The notes: a model not told the origin generated them from the sequence alone. A DNA stretch of 64,000 nt from an uncultured Nitrososphaerota archaeon (GCA_963701075.1 OY969559.1:1152001-1216000); one strand, 5' to 3'. Counted from the stretch's first letter, positions 31,677-42,401 are shown. Numbers and translations are program-made.

Positions 31677-32723
31677 TTAATTCCGAGGATACAATTCTCT
31701 CATGACTGATTTTACCAGTGTTATTACACCATCAGGGTCTGGAACATCCCCAATCACCATGTAGGGTTTTCCGTGATGCATGAAAACCATATCACCTATT
31801 GTGTTACTATCCCCTGATGAATGTGATGGCATGATACCGCCAAAAGTATTATTTCCATATCCGCCAACTATGTAACTTGTACCTCGTGACTCTGAACGAG
31901 TATGTCTATTTACAACAACTACGTCATCAATATCTGAAAGAAAACTAGACTTTAACATAACATCATCTAGATTATCAAAAGCAAACACTCTGTAGTTTGT
32001 CACATATTTTGATACGTCAGATCTATTCTTCGAATTTTCGTTTACTTCATTTTGGCTCCAAAGTGTTGCTTCGTTATGATGCATTAGAGGAGACATTACA
32101 TCAACTAACAGTGACTGTATTCCATCCCTAGTTGTGATGCTATGTACTACTGGTTCAATAAGTTCATTTTTTAATAGTTTGTAATGTTCAAACATGTCTT
32201 CAATTTTTTCTTCATCAACTTCGAAAATGGGCGTCTGGGAAATACCTCGTTCATCAATATATTTTATCTTTATGTCCCTATGCTCTTTTTTGATAAACCC
32301 GCGAGTTAAAGTAATAACTTCCATTCCCACTATTGAAGTAAGAGGCATCACGATCTTGATTTCCTTTTCATCCGCCTGAAAAGTAATATTACTTTGTTTC
32401 CTTTCACGATTAAAGTTTAGCATACCGTTAAACCATTTTTTGTATAATGAGTGACCTTGAGTATACGTGCCTTTGTATTGCCAAGTATTTCGTTTTTCAT
32501 TTATTACATCATCAGAAAGCGGAGTAATTTTTCTTTCTTGTATGCGAGTTTGAATTTTTTCTGCTTTTTGTACTGTTATCTCTGACATTTCTTCACCAGA
32601 CAACAGTATGGTTCCACATGCTGGGCAGAATTTGTAGTTATCAGGAGTTTGTGTTCCACATTGATTACAAAACATCGAACTGATATTCGGTCGTCTTACT
32701 GATAAATCTTCTAGAATTAACAA
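31677..32723 (-). CDS. Zinc-ribbon protein with PH-like domains
   Basis: FCNQCG...FCPACG; YVTNYRV motif. Confidence 0.7.
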   Translation of the reverse strand: MLILEDLSVRRPNISSMFCNQCGTQTPDNYKFCPACGTILLSGEEMSEITVQKAEKIQTRIQERKITPLSDDVINEKRNTWQYKGTYTQGHSLYKKWFNGMLNFNRERKQSNITFQADEKEIKIVMPLTSIVGMEVITLTRGFIKKEHRDIKIKYIDERGISQTPIFEVDEEKIEDMFEHYKLLKNELIEPVVHSITTRDGIQSLLVDVMSPLMHHNEATLWSQNEVNENSKNRSDVSKYVTNYRVFAFDNLDDVMLKSSFLSDIDDVVVVNRHTRSESRGTSYIVGGYGNNTFGGIMPSHSSGDSNTIGDMVFMHHGKPYMVIGDVPDPDGVITLVKSVMRELYPRN

Positions 32724-32866
32724 TCAGAATAGGTTCACTAAGGTTTAGTTACTATTGGCAAGTATTGTTCGCCACAAGTATTTGATTACAAAGCAGCTGG
32801 TTTGTCATGCCCGTTATAGTGTTAATGTGGATCATATTTTTAACTTAATCAGTGCAGTGTCATTAA

Positions 32867-33691
32867 ATGTGGTTATTACTAGTAATATCTGCCTTGGCTT
32901 CAACCGCATTCCTATCTGAAAATTCAGATAATTTTACATCTGTTATAAAAACCCTAAGCGATGTGTTTGACAAACAGGATAATTTACTAACTGAAATTAA
33001 TTCTTCATTAAGTTGTCAGAATAGAGAATGTCAAAATGCTAACTCACAGTTAGAAAACATTGACGAATCTCTAAGGACAATAAATAACACAGTAGCAGCA
33101 TCTAATTATGTCAATTTTGTATTGATCTCAATTTCAATAGGCATTGCTGGAATAGCAGTTATAAGTGCATGGGGAACTGCTTATTTTTCAAGAAAACAAC
33201 TTCAACAAGCAGAAAAAGATCTAAAAATGAGATTTTCCCCACGTGTGATAATTGATGGTCCTAGACCATCACAAGTAGCTTTGAAAGATGGTGGTGTACT
33301 AGATTATGACACCTTCTCAAAATCAACAAATCCTTTATGGGATACCGTAGATCAAATAATTTTTAGATTTTATTTTAGAAACATAGGAGGCGATGTGGCA
33401 ATCAAGATGTCAAATATCAAGATTGTTAAGGAAGAGCCATTTGACAGTTCAGAATTTGAAGATAAACCAGATTTTCCAATGGGACTAATACTAACTCCTA
33501 ATCAAGAATTCTCGCTACCATTTGCTGTAGATTTGAAAAGATTTGATGTGTTAGAACAGAAAAACCTCTTTGCAGGATTATCAATTGCATATGAAGATCT
33601 ATCTGGAAACAAGAAATACACTGGTGTCATCTACGGAATACGAAGAGGTTCCAATTACGTAATACATTCATGGTTATCGACAGATACGTAA
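32867..33691 (+). CDS. Membrane hypothetical protein
   Basis: 274-aa AT-rich ORF with two hydrophobic segments. Confidence 0.65.
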   Translation: MWLLLVISALASTAFLSENSDNFTSVIKTLSDVFDKQDNLLTEINSSLSCQNRECQNANSQLENIDESLRTINNTVAASNYVNFVLISISIGIAGIAVISAWGTAYFSRKQLQQAEKDLKMRFSPRVIIDGPRPSQVALKDGGVLDYDTFSKSTNPLWDTVDQIIFRFYFRNIGGDVAIKMSNIKIVKEEPFDSSEFEDKPDFPMGLILTPNQEFSLPFAVDLKRFDVLEQKNLFAGLSIAYEDLSGNKKYTGVIYGIRRGSNYVIHSWLSTDT

Positions 33692-33775
33692 ATATAAAAT
33701 CAATATCTTGAATTCAACTCTTCTATTTTTCAAAATAAAAAAATGGGGGAAGGGTTTCTCGGGTTTTCACCCTAC

Positions 33776-33847
33776 TCACCTGATTATTTTACGGCGCGGA
33801 AAGCGAGATGTGTCACTGTCGTCTGGGGGAAACACCCTCCAGTCCAA
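33776..33847 (-). CDS. Possible 23-aa microprotein (MDWRVFPPDDSDTSRFPRRKIIR) or structured ncRNA
   Basis: GC-rich patch in AT-rich DNA; AT-rich TATA-like tract upstream; hairpin and T-tract downstream. Confidence 0.35.
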   Translation of the reverse strand: MDWRVFPPDDSDTSRFPRRKIIR

Positions 33848-33887
33848 ACTAGATCTAGTAATACTATATACAAAATAAACTGCTCAA

Positions 33888-34448
33888 CTATTGAGGATAG
33901 ATAATTCTCTCTTCTGTAACGATACAGTCCATCTTGACATCATGTCCATCATGTGGAATTGCTTTTACTACTTGTTTAGAGTACGACAAGGCCACTTTTT
34001 TTGCGCGCTTGCCATTGAGATACCTGTCATAGTACCCAAATCCATATCCTAATCTATAGCCGTCACTTGTCAGCGCAATTGCAGGAACCAAGATAACATC
34101 AAGTTTCTTTATAATATCGCACCTGTCCTTTGGCTCCATCACAGAAAAGTTGCCCATCTCAAGGTCTGAAAAACTAGAAATTTTCCTAAAGACCAAGTCA
34201 TTTTTTTCAACCCTTGGAAGCGAGAGCTCCTTTCCAGCATTTAGTATCTCCTGCATTATATCCTGCGTGTGAACCTCGCTTCCTATGGAATAGTATACCC
34301 CTATGCTTGCAGCATTTCTATAGTACTCTATCTTTCGCAGGTTCTCGCGAATCTTGCCGCTTGATATCTTTATAAAATCAAGCGAGGTGCCATCTCGCTG
34401 GTCCAAAAGCTGCTTGCGAAGCTGCGCCTTTTCAACGGTTTGTGACAA
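33888..34448 (-). CDS. 5-formyltetrahydrofolate cyclo-ligase
   Basis: K..LRK, G.RLGYG.GYYDRYL, HDVKMD. Confidence 0.93.
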   Translation of the reverse strand: MSQTVEKAQLRKQLLDQRDGTSLDFIKISSGKIRENLRKIEYYRNAASIGVYYSIGSEVHTQDIMQEILNAGKELSLPRVEKNDLVFRKISSFSDLEMGNFSVMEPKDRCDIIKKLDVILVPAIALTSDGYRLGYGFGYYDRYLNGKRAKKVALSYSKQVVKAIPHDGHDVKMDCIVTEERIIYPQ

Positions 34449-35302
34449 ATCCTTTACTAATTGAAGTCTGCCGTGACAGTGTTTCTTAAAAGCATCGCTC
34501 TAGTCATGGGTCCCACGCCTCCAGGAACAGGCGTCGCATATGATGCCTTTTTGATTATACCATCATAGTCTGCGTCTCCCGCCAACTTGCCGTTTACCCT
34601 GCTTGTTCCAATATCTATTACAACTGCACCTTCTCTTATCATGGTACCAGTAAGCGTGAACCTGGATCTATCCCCTACTGCAGTAATCACAATATCTGCG
34701 GCAAGGCAATGGTCCACAAGATTTCGTGTCTTGGAGTGACAAGTAGTAACTGTAGCGTCCCTTTCAAGCATTAGGTGATACAGGGGTTTTCCTACCAGAT
34801 TGCTCCTGTTTATGATGACAACGTTTTTTCCAGACAATTCTATGTTATAATAATCAAACAATTCCATTATCCCTAAAGGAGTGCACGGCTTCAAAATTGC
34901 CCTGCCAGATGCTAAAAGCCCGGCGTTGTATGGTGTGAGGCCATCGACATCTTTTATTGGAGATATCCTGGATGTTGTTGCAAACTCGTCTAACAGTGCG
35001 GGCAGGGGCAGCTGGACCAATATTCCATGAACTGTTTTATCTGAATTTAGCAGGTTAATCAAACTGTCAAGCTCCATCTGGGTGAATTCCTGCGGCAGCC
35101 TGTGGTCTTTTGTGGCAATGCCAACATCTGCACAGTCTTTTTGCTTGCTTGTAACATATGACGAAGATGCAGGGTCGTCTCCAATCAGTATGGTTGCAAG
35201 GCACGGCTCGATTCCTTCTTTTTTCAGCTCTGACACTGACGCCCTGACTAGGTCCTTGACAGAATTTGCAACTGCAATGCCGTCTATTTTTTGGCCTGTC
35301 AC
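34432..35302 (-). CDS. folD: Methylene-THF dehydrogenase/cyclohydrolase (frameshift ~34467 near the C-terminus)
   Basis: HGILVQLPLP, KDVDG, PCTPLG, PVPGGVGPMT. Confidence 0.96.
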
Positions 35303-35733
35303 GCAGTGTGGATTGCGTTTAGAGTATTTAATCCTTGGAACTAAAATTGGAATATGTGTACATGAAAAAATCTATAGGTGAATCCAAAATACAACATTTA
35401 CAAAAAAGCAGAATTACTCTGGAATTAATTCTAACTTGTTCACTCACACAAAGTACAATCCAACACTTGGGAGCATTCTAAAAGTAGAGCAACTCCTTGT
35501 AAAATCCAGAGTTTGATTCCAAGGCACAATTAACAAAAAACTTAGTTATCATGAGGCCGCAAGTTCTTAACGTCATCTTACGTTATCTGGAACAATCTAA
35601 CAAAGTTCTGCTTGATGAAGACGTTCAATCATCTGTATTCATGCTAGTCCAACTTCAAAGAAAAGCTGGGAACAGGCAAGATCACTGTAGGTTGTAAACA
35701 TCTGATTGAATTGGCAAGCACGTCAAGTAAATA

Positions 35734-35771
35734 TATAGTAGAAAACTATAATATTATAGTATATTACTATA
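35734..35771. promoter_or_regulatory. Two tandem palindromic operators TATAGT-N5-ACTATA, 21-bp period
   Basis: 35734-35750 and 35755-35771, ending 9 bp upstream of the ATG at 35781. Confidence 0.65.
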
Positions 35772-35780
35772 TTATATACA

Positions 35781-36854
35781 ATGGACGAGGCAGCATACAA
35801 AATATTAGACATATTATCAAGGAACCTAGGCCAGTCTCTGTCTATACGTGAGATTGCTGGAAAGATAGAGACAACATATGGCGGAGCCTATTATGCCAAC
35901 ATAAATGAAAAGATCCACGAGATGACAAAAAAAGGAATAATCGTTCTGTCAAAAGCAGGCAGGTCATCGCTTACATCAATTGACTTTAACAACTATCTGA
36001 TAACAGATTTACTTGCAGAGATGGAACTTGGACGAAAGCAAGACTTTCTTCAAGGAAGACAAGAGATGCAGATTCTGACAATGGAAATCTGCACACACTT
36101 GGACAGTTTTCCTCTAGTCAAATCAATTATCATGATGAATCCAGAAAGAAACGCAAAATTAAACAAGACTGAGCTACTAATTTCCATAAAAAGAACCGAG
36201 CAAGATAAAGTGGAAGAGACAAAAATGGGCATTCATGCCATTCTGGATGCCCTCCAAAACCTACACAACATAAGGATAGATTACATGATACTTGAAGACA
36301 AGATGCTTCTTAACCTCCTAAAATCAGATGAAATTAATCCTGCAAGAGAGATGCTGTCTAACAAGATAGTCATTTTGAACCCGCAGGATTTCTGGATAGA
36401 AGTCAAAAAAGCGGGCATGGAAGGAATTAAAACTATTTCAGAAGAAGACGTGACAAATCCGGCAAAAATTACAGCAGAAGATTTGATATCCAACCTTGCA
36501 CGATTTGGTTACACAGAATTTGGACCAAAAATAAAGCAAGGAAAATTGATCTGTATAGAGTACATCGTAAGCGCAATAATGTTCCAAAATGATGCAAGGA
36601 GAATGGATGCTATTCCAATAATACTTGCAAAGAACTCTGGCAGAACAAACTATGATCTACTGCTCTTTTTTGCACGCAAATATGGTTTTGGTGGGAAAAT
36701 GTTGGGTATACTGCATGCCCTAAGGAATCTTGTGGCACATGGCATGCCTAAGATTAAAGAACCAATAAGACTGCTTGAGGCAATGAAGATTAAAGAAGTC
36801 AAGGCAAATGAGAAGAGCATAAAGGAAAAGTTGAGACTGTACAATGTCACTTGA
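35781..36854 (+). CDS. wHTH-containing putative antitoxin/regulator (AbiEi-like partner)
   Basis: N-terminal HTH (LSIREIA); overlaps the downstream NTase gene. Confidence 0.6.
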   Translation: MDEAAYKILDILSRNLGQSLSIREIAGKIETTYGGAYYANINEKIHEMTKKGIIVLSKAGRSSLTSIDFNNYLITDLLAEMELGRKQDFLQGRQEMQILTMEICTHLDSFPLVKSIIMMNPERNAKLNKTELLISIKRTEQDKVEETKMGIHAILDALQNLHNIRIDYMILEDKMLLNLLKSDEINPAREMLSNKIVILNPQDFWIEVKKAGMEGIKTISEEDVTNPAKITAEDLISNLARFGYTEFGPKIKQGKLICIEYIVSAIMFQNDARRMDAIPIILAKNSGRTNYDLLLFFARKYGFGGKMLGILHALRNLVAHGMPKIKEPIRLLEAMKIKEVKANEKSIKEKLRLYNVT

Positions 36855-37353
36855 CAACACAAAACTGCTAGATTTTCTAGGCGAGATAGACAAAGAGCTC
36901 AAGCGCAAGATAGTGGTGGTCGCAGCAGGAGGAACTGCCATGACACTTCTCAAGACAAAATCGTCTACAATAGATGTAGATTTTACTATTCCAAGCAAGT
37001 ATTTTGATGATTTCAAACATGCACAAGATATAGTTCAACCTGGGTTCAAAGTGGACCTTTTTCATGATGGTGCTGTGTTTATCAACATGCTTCCAGAGGA
37101 TTATCTGAAAAGGAGCAAACTAATCAAGACAAGGCTAAAAAACATAGAACTTAGGACCTTGCATCCTGTTGACATAATTGTAACAAAAATTAGCAGGTTA
37201 GATGAAAGAGATGAACAAGATATCAAAGCCTGTATTGAGAAATTTACGATAAAAAAGGACGAGATCGTAAAACGGGCAAAGCAAATGGGATATGCAGGTA
37301 ATGATGATATGTTTCGAGCTAATACACAAATTGTTTTAAGAAAGTTCTTCTAG
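36844..37353 (+). CDS. DUF6036/AbiEii-like nucleotidyltransferase
   Basis: VAAGGTAM.LL....STIDVDF, DIIVTK, RDEQD. Confidence 0.8.
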   Translation: MSLDNTKLLDFLGEIDKELKRKIVVVAAGGTAMTLLKTKSSTIDVDFTIPSKYFDDFKHAQDIVQPGFKVDLFHDGAVFINMLPEDYLKRSKLIKTRLKNIELRTLHPVDIIVTKISRLDERDEQDIKACIEKFTIKKDEIVKRAKQMGYAGNDDMFRANTQIVLRKFF

Positions 37354-37396
37354 GTTCCTTGGAAGATTAATTATATCCAATTACATAGACTCTTCA

Positions 37397-37939
37397 ATGA
37401 ATCTACGAGAAGCAGAGGCTGTAATCCGAGAGACACTTGACCAGATAAAAAAACATGAAATAGAGCTGCACCAAGGATGTGTGGCATGTCATGTCATATT
37501 TTCGCTAACACAAAAGTCTGGCAGATCAGAGCAAGATGCAGCAGACCTCATGGCCGAAGTCCTAACTGGTGACCCAGAATTAAATTCTGAACTAATAGAG
37601 ACTGTAGAGCAGATACACATGACAGAGCGGGGAATGGGTGGGGCATTTCCAGCAAGAGAGCGAGAATCAAAGGACAGTTACCTTGAAGCATACCTTACAA
37701 ACGTACTCGATGAGCTTGCATCAGACTTGCAGCATGCAACACATGATGTAATACTCAGAAAGTTATTGCTAAGCTACATGTCACTATATATCGCACAAAC
37801 AATTGGGGTAGATTACCACGCGGCAACTGAAGAGCTGTATTATTTACTTCGAAAAGATGATGGCAAAAATTCAAAGATTGCGCACATTATAGCAAGATTT
37901 GAAGAAAAGCTAAAAAAACAAGAGTCCAACATGCGTTAG
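37397..37939 (+). CDS. Hypothetical helical protein
   Basis: 180-aa ORF with HQGCVACH. Confidence 0.7.
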   Translation: MNLREAEAVIRETLDQIKKHEIELHQGCVACHVIFSLTQKSGRSEQDAADLMAEVLTGDPELNSELIETVEQIHMTERGMGGAFPARERESKDSYLEAYLTNVLDELASDLQHATHDVILRKLLLSYMSLYIAQTIGVDYHAATEELYYLLRKDDGKNSKIAHIIARFEEKLKKQESNMR

Positions 37940-37955
37940 AGTCATTAAGACTTGG

Positions 37956-38291
37956 GTGGCAAGTATATCGTTGAAGATTGAATTTGATACAAAAAAATAT
38001 GTACAAGACTTGGAAAAAAGCAAGTCGTATTTTCATACATTTCTAAACCGAAAAAACATTGCAGCAGGCATTCTCAGGCTGGCACCTGGGCAAGAAGACA
38101 CACAGGCTCCACATGACAGTGACGAGGTGTACTATATAGTAAAGGGGGATGGTTTTCTAAACATTGGCGGAAAAGATTACAAGATATCAGAGGGAATGTC
38201 ATATTTTGTGGCAAAAAATATCGAGCACCAATTCCATGGAAATACGCAAGAACTAGTTGTTGTCTATTTTTTTAGCGGGCCTGACTCTTAG
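37956..38291 (+). CDS. Cupin-domain protein
   Basis: PH..DEVYYIVKG.G and H.F cupin motifs. Confidence 0.88.
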   Translation: MASISLKIEFDTKKYVQDLEKSKSYFHTFLNRKNIAAGILRLAPGQEDTQAPHDSDEVYYIVKGDGFLNIGGKDYKISEGMSYFVAKNIEHQFHGNTQELVVVYFFSGPDS

Positions 38292-38905
38292 GATGTTATA
38301 GTCTTTCTGCCCTTTGTCTTTATCCTGCCTTCTGCATAGAGCCTGACTGCCTTGGGGTATATCTTGTGCTCTTGCTTGAGTATCCTTTTTGAGAGGCTCT
38401 CTTCTGTGTCGTCATCTTTTACCTTGACTATTGCCTGCAAAATTACAGGGCCTGTATCCACTCCCTCGTCAACAAAGTGCACGGTACACCCTGAATATTT
38501 TACGCCATACTCAATTGCCTGCCTTTGGGAATGCAAACCTGGAAACGCGGGCAATATTGCAGGATGAATGTTAAGTATTCTTCCACTGTAATGTCTGATA
38601 AATTCAGGACTCATTATTCTCATAAACCCTGCAAGGCAGACAAGACCATTTTTTGGAGTTACATTATTTTCCTCAAGAACTGATACTATCTTTTGGTCGT
38701 ACTCCCAGCTACTTCCTTTGAATTCTGCACTGTCAACTGTCACCGTCTTGACTCCAAGTTTTTGTGCAACCTTTAATCCCTTTGCGTCAGGTTTGTTGGA
38801 TATCACAACTGCAGGTTTTACTGGAATCTTTTTCTTTTTGACTGCGCGCAAGATTGCCTCCATGTTAGAGCCGCGCCCTGAAATCAGGATTGCGATATTT
38901 ATCAT
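38288..38905 (-). CDS. purN: Phosphoribosylglycinamide formyltransferase
   Basis: ISGRGSNM, LNIHPAILP, GCTVHFV..GVDTGP. Confidence 0.97.
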   Translation of the reverse strand: MINIAILISGRGSNMEAILRAVKKKKIPVKPAVVISNKPDAKGLKVAQKLGVKTVTVDSAEFKGSSWEYDQKIVSVLEENNVTPKNGLVCLAGFMRIMSPEFIRHYSGRILNIHPAILPAFPGLHSQRQAIEYGVKYSGCTVHFVDEGVDTGPVILQAIVKVKDDDTEESLSKRILKQEHKIYPKAVRLYAEGRIKTKGRKTITS

Positions 38906-39005
38906 TGTACCTTGATCTTGGTCTTTATGTAAATAAACGTCTTCTCTAGGGGAAGAAAAGATCGAAATTGAATCGCTTTAGACTAGATGTAACACCTGAT
39001 CAATC

Positions 39006-40028
39006 TTGCAATTTATATCAGATGTATTTCTTCGAAATCTCAATTTGAGACAAGTCGTAAAGATGACATCTAATGGTATTTTTGTATCAGGACAAAACGG
39101 TGCCAAGATACACCTTGATCCAAAAAAAGGAACAGATGACGGCATCACATTTGTCTCCCATGCACATATAGACCACCTTCACAGACAAAGCGGGGGGCTG
39201 GTCTTGACATCACAGCAGACAAGCGAGATTGCAAGACTACGGGGGTACTCTATTGAGAACTATACTGAAGAGTATGAGGATTTTTCACTAATTGATGCAG
39301 GTCACATTCTGGGGGCAAAGGGACTCTTGTTTGGCGATGGGATTTTCTATACAGGTGATATTAGCACGCGCGAGCGCGCATTCATGAAGGGTGCTAGTGT
39401 CCCAAAATGCAAGGTACTGATAACAGAGTGCACATTTGGGATGCCAGAGTATGTCTTTCCAAAAGTGGAAGATACCGTAAAACGCGTAAATGAGATAATA
39501 TCTGATCTGTACTCTAGAGGAAAGCCAGTTATTCTTTTGGGGTATGAGCTTGGAAAAGCTCAGATTCTCTCGTATCTTTTCTCACACTGGGCCCCGTACT
39601 ATCACGATTCTGTAAAAAAAGTAAATGATGTATATAGAAAGTTTGGTGTAGACTTGCCTGATTCTGTGGGGCACTCTCAGGCAGAAAGCGCAGGACTTTT
39701 GGACAAAAAACCATGGCTTATGATTGCGCCAAACATGAGTGGCAAAAATAGTTTCGTACAACACATGAAATCAAGATATGGTGCAATAACAATTGGATTT
39801 AGCGGATGGGCGCAATCTCCAAGATTTGCATTTGCAAGGCAGCATGACTATTCAATACCTTTGAGTGATCACTGTGATTACAATGAGTTAGTGCAACTTG
39901 TAAAAAAATGCGCGCCAGAAAAAATCTATACCGTGCATGGATTTGTAGAAGAGTTTGCGTTAGACCTGGTAAAGATGGGTTATGATGCCCAGCCTCTCAC
40001 TGAGAATGCACTAGACGATTATTTTTAA
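39006..40028 (+). CDS. MBL-fold beta-CASP nuclease (true start probably ~39045-39063)
   Basis: SHAHIDH, AGHILG, YTGD, ECTFG, LSDHCD, VHG. Confidence 0.88.
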   Translation: MQFISDVFLRNLNLRQVVKMTSNGIFVSGQNGAKIHLDPKKGTDDGITFVSHAHIDHLHRQSGGLVLTSQQTSEIARLRGYSIENYTEEYEDFSLIDAGHILGAKGLLFGDGIFYTGDISTRERAFMKGASVPKCKVLITECTFGMPEYVFPKVEDTVKRVNEIISDLYSRGKPVILLGYELGKAQILSYLFSHWAPYYHDSVKKVNDVYRKFGVDLPDSVGHSQAESAGLLDKKPWLMIAPNMSGKNSFVQHMKSRYGAITIGFSGWAQSPRFAFARQHDYSIPLSDHCDYNELVQLVKKCAPEKIYTVHGFVEEFALDLVKMGYDAQPLTENALDDYF

Positions 40029-40063
40029 ATGCAAGCCATCTTCTAGTACGGTTTTAAAAAAAA

Positions 40064-41179
40064 TTACTTGTAATTTGCCATGGCCAACTGATCTATTATC
40101 TCTTCTATTGCTTGTGCAAGATTTTTTCCAAGATGCGGCGGAAGTTTCTGAGTCTGGACAAGTATGTTTATTCGGTCTACATATGACTGCATCACTGCAA
40201 TCAACTCTTCGGTGTTTTTGATCTCGCTTTCTTTGCCGTCTTTTGATAAAACTGATATGCTTTTTTCAAGTTTTTTGTTTAGGTTCTGATAATATGATTT
40301 TTTGTCTTCCAACTCTTTTTTAGATTCTGCTAATTGATTCATTCTAGCCAGCAGTTTATCGGTAATCTGGCTCAAAATCATCTTGTTATTCTCATTTTCA
40401 ACAGGATCGTTCATTACGTACACCTGTTTTTTTAACCTGGAAATGTCGTCGGTCATATCAGCAAAAAAGCACTCTAGGATATCTTTTTGAAGATTAGAAA
40501 GACGCGACTCTAAAACCAGTTGTTTCTGGTTGCCCACAATCTGGTTTAGGAAAACACGCCGGGCATAATCATGCTTTATGATTCTCAATATCATTCTTAG
40601 AAGAAAGAGATGTGCGCATACGTTGACAATTAGAAATGAAATCTGCAGCATGATGAGATTTTGACTCTGTTGCTTGCCGTACATGCCAAGATCTGCCGTT
40701 AAACTATTGTCGGCAACTATGAATGCCAGGTTTTTTTCCTGCAATTCTGCAGTATCTGCGCTTGTCATGGCGCCTCCTTTGGAGCCTAGCATGTAAGCAA
40801 CGTCTGCCCTGTATGCAGCCCACGTGTCTTGGACTTGCTTGAAATCATTTGGAAAGACAGAGGGAACAGCTATTACTATCGAATTCTCATAAGATGGTAT
40901 TGGATACAAAACTTGTGATGGCACAACACCACCATGGGAAAGAGAATCAATGTTTGTGTCAATACTTCTCATGACATCTACTGGTAAAGCTTGACTGTGC
41001 AATTGTAGATAATCAATAGTTCTTGCATAAAGCAATTCTGCAAGATATCTGTTCTTACCGCTTGTGTTGATGGTATTGCCAAGATACGTTGATTGGTTTT
41101 GGTAAATTGATAGAACTAGGAAACTACTTACAATTATGGCAATTTGTATTGCAATGATTACTCCTATCTTGTACTTCAT
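40064..41179 (-). CDS. Membrane sensor with a NarX/PilJ-type extracellular domain and coiled-coil tail
   Basis: TM-INTSGKNRYL-...-TM; no kinase or MCP motifs. Confidence 0.65.
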   Translation of the reverse strand: MKYKIGVIIAIQIAIIVSSFLVLSIYQNQSTYLGNTINTSGKNRYLAELLYARTIDYLQLHSQALPVDVMRSIDTNIDSLSHGGVVPSQVLYPIPSYENSIVIAVPSVFPNDFKQVQDTWAAYRADVAYMLGSKGGAMTSADTAELQEKNLAFIVADNSLTADLGMYGKQQSQNLIMLQISFLIVNVCAHLFLLRMILRIIKHDYARRVFLNQIVGNQKQLVLESRLSNLQKDILECFFADMTDDISRLKKQVYVMNDPVENENNKMILSQITDKLLARMNQLAESKKELEDKKSYYQNLNKKLEKSISVLSKDGKESEIKNTEELIAVMQSYVDRINILVQTQKLPPHLGKNLAQAIEEIIDQLAMANYK

Positions 41180-41518
41180 GTTATTTTTACACTGTACATA
41201 CCTTAATCGACATATTAAGATCTCCTCTACAAACCATGTCTAGGATAACACGTGAGCGGTATGTTTTTCTGGAAAAAAATTAGTTTCTATTGGAATCATG
41301 ATCTAGACAAAATTTCTTCAAACCATTACGAATGCCTGTAAAAATTAAATTGCTTTTGGTAATTATTATCATATCAGAAAATCATACTTATATTCCGGGA
41401 CACTGGTTATCTACTAATGTACAAATCACAAATCAAAATACAAGATATTGAAACTTTAGGTTTTGCTATGTGGAATGTGAAAATAAATGATGTTTTCCCA
41501 ATTTTGGGTGAAACATAA

Positions 41519-42059
41519 ATGGTGTCAGAGACAAACCATAATGGTCAGAAAAAAGAAAATTTCACTTTAAGAATCAATGCAGAATTGATGAAGGAAATAA
41601 AAGAAAAATCAAGCGAAGAAAACGTCAGTGTCAATCATTTTATCAGCAAGTTACTGGAAACTGCTACGTATTGGAATATACATGCACCCAGTGCCGGATG
41701 GACACCTATGCCAAGACAGATTCTTCTTGAATTAATAGACCGATACTCTTATGATGAAATAGAAGCACTAGCTCATAAACTTGGAAAACAAATAGCGCGA
41801 GATATGCTTTTGTTTACAGGCGGCAAGTATGATGTTGACGCTTGGCTCGATTTTCTAAGGATCAGATCAGATATTTCCGGTTTTCAATTCTCCGAATATC
41901 GAGATGGCAACACAATCAAATGTGTTCTTCATCACGCAATGGGAAAAAAGTGGGCCGTTTGGTTTAAGAGCTTTTATGAGATTGTACTCAATAGATATGA
42001 AGGCAAATGTAGTATTTGATGTCAGTGAGAATACGCTCACAATGGAAATCCGTAAATAA
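41519..42059 (+). CDS. Ribbon-helix-helix regulator (probable frameshift ~41990)
   Basis: NFTLRI...L...I...S....VSVN; the alternative frame ends DMKANVVFDVSENTLTMEIRK. Confidence 0.7.
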
Positions 42060-42401
42060 TTTCATGAAACAATAAGTTGTTAATTGTTTGAATTTTTCAT
42101 TCTATCTTCATAGTTTGATTGCACCCATAGTGAGTCATTTATAGTCAAAGAAACCCACTTTCATCCTATGTGAATCTGTTAAAGGATCATCTTTAATTTT
42201 TTATGCATTGAGGATAATCATGCATTGTTATAAATACAAAAAAAAAAACAAATGGTTGGCAAATCTACGTTACCAATAACCAAAAAAGGAAAGCGTAAAG
42301 CCGGCACTATAAGAAACGCCTTTGATATATCGTCAATAAATGGTAAAAATGGCAATATTGTAGGAATTGCAAAAATCATTGCAGGATTCTGTCGGTGTTA
42401 G

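Noticed and set aside
33740-33850. 5S rRNA, SRP RNA or 6S-like RNA beside the cyclo-ligase gene
   Set aside because: No diagnostic motifs. It lies downstream of the gene, whereas bacterial ssrS lies upstream of ygfA.
35551-35697. 48-aa ORF between folD and the AbiE-like pair
   Set aside because: No motif or other support; it could be a chance ORF or a remnant.
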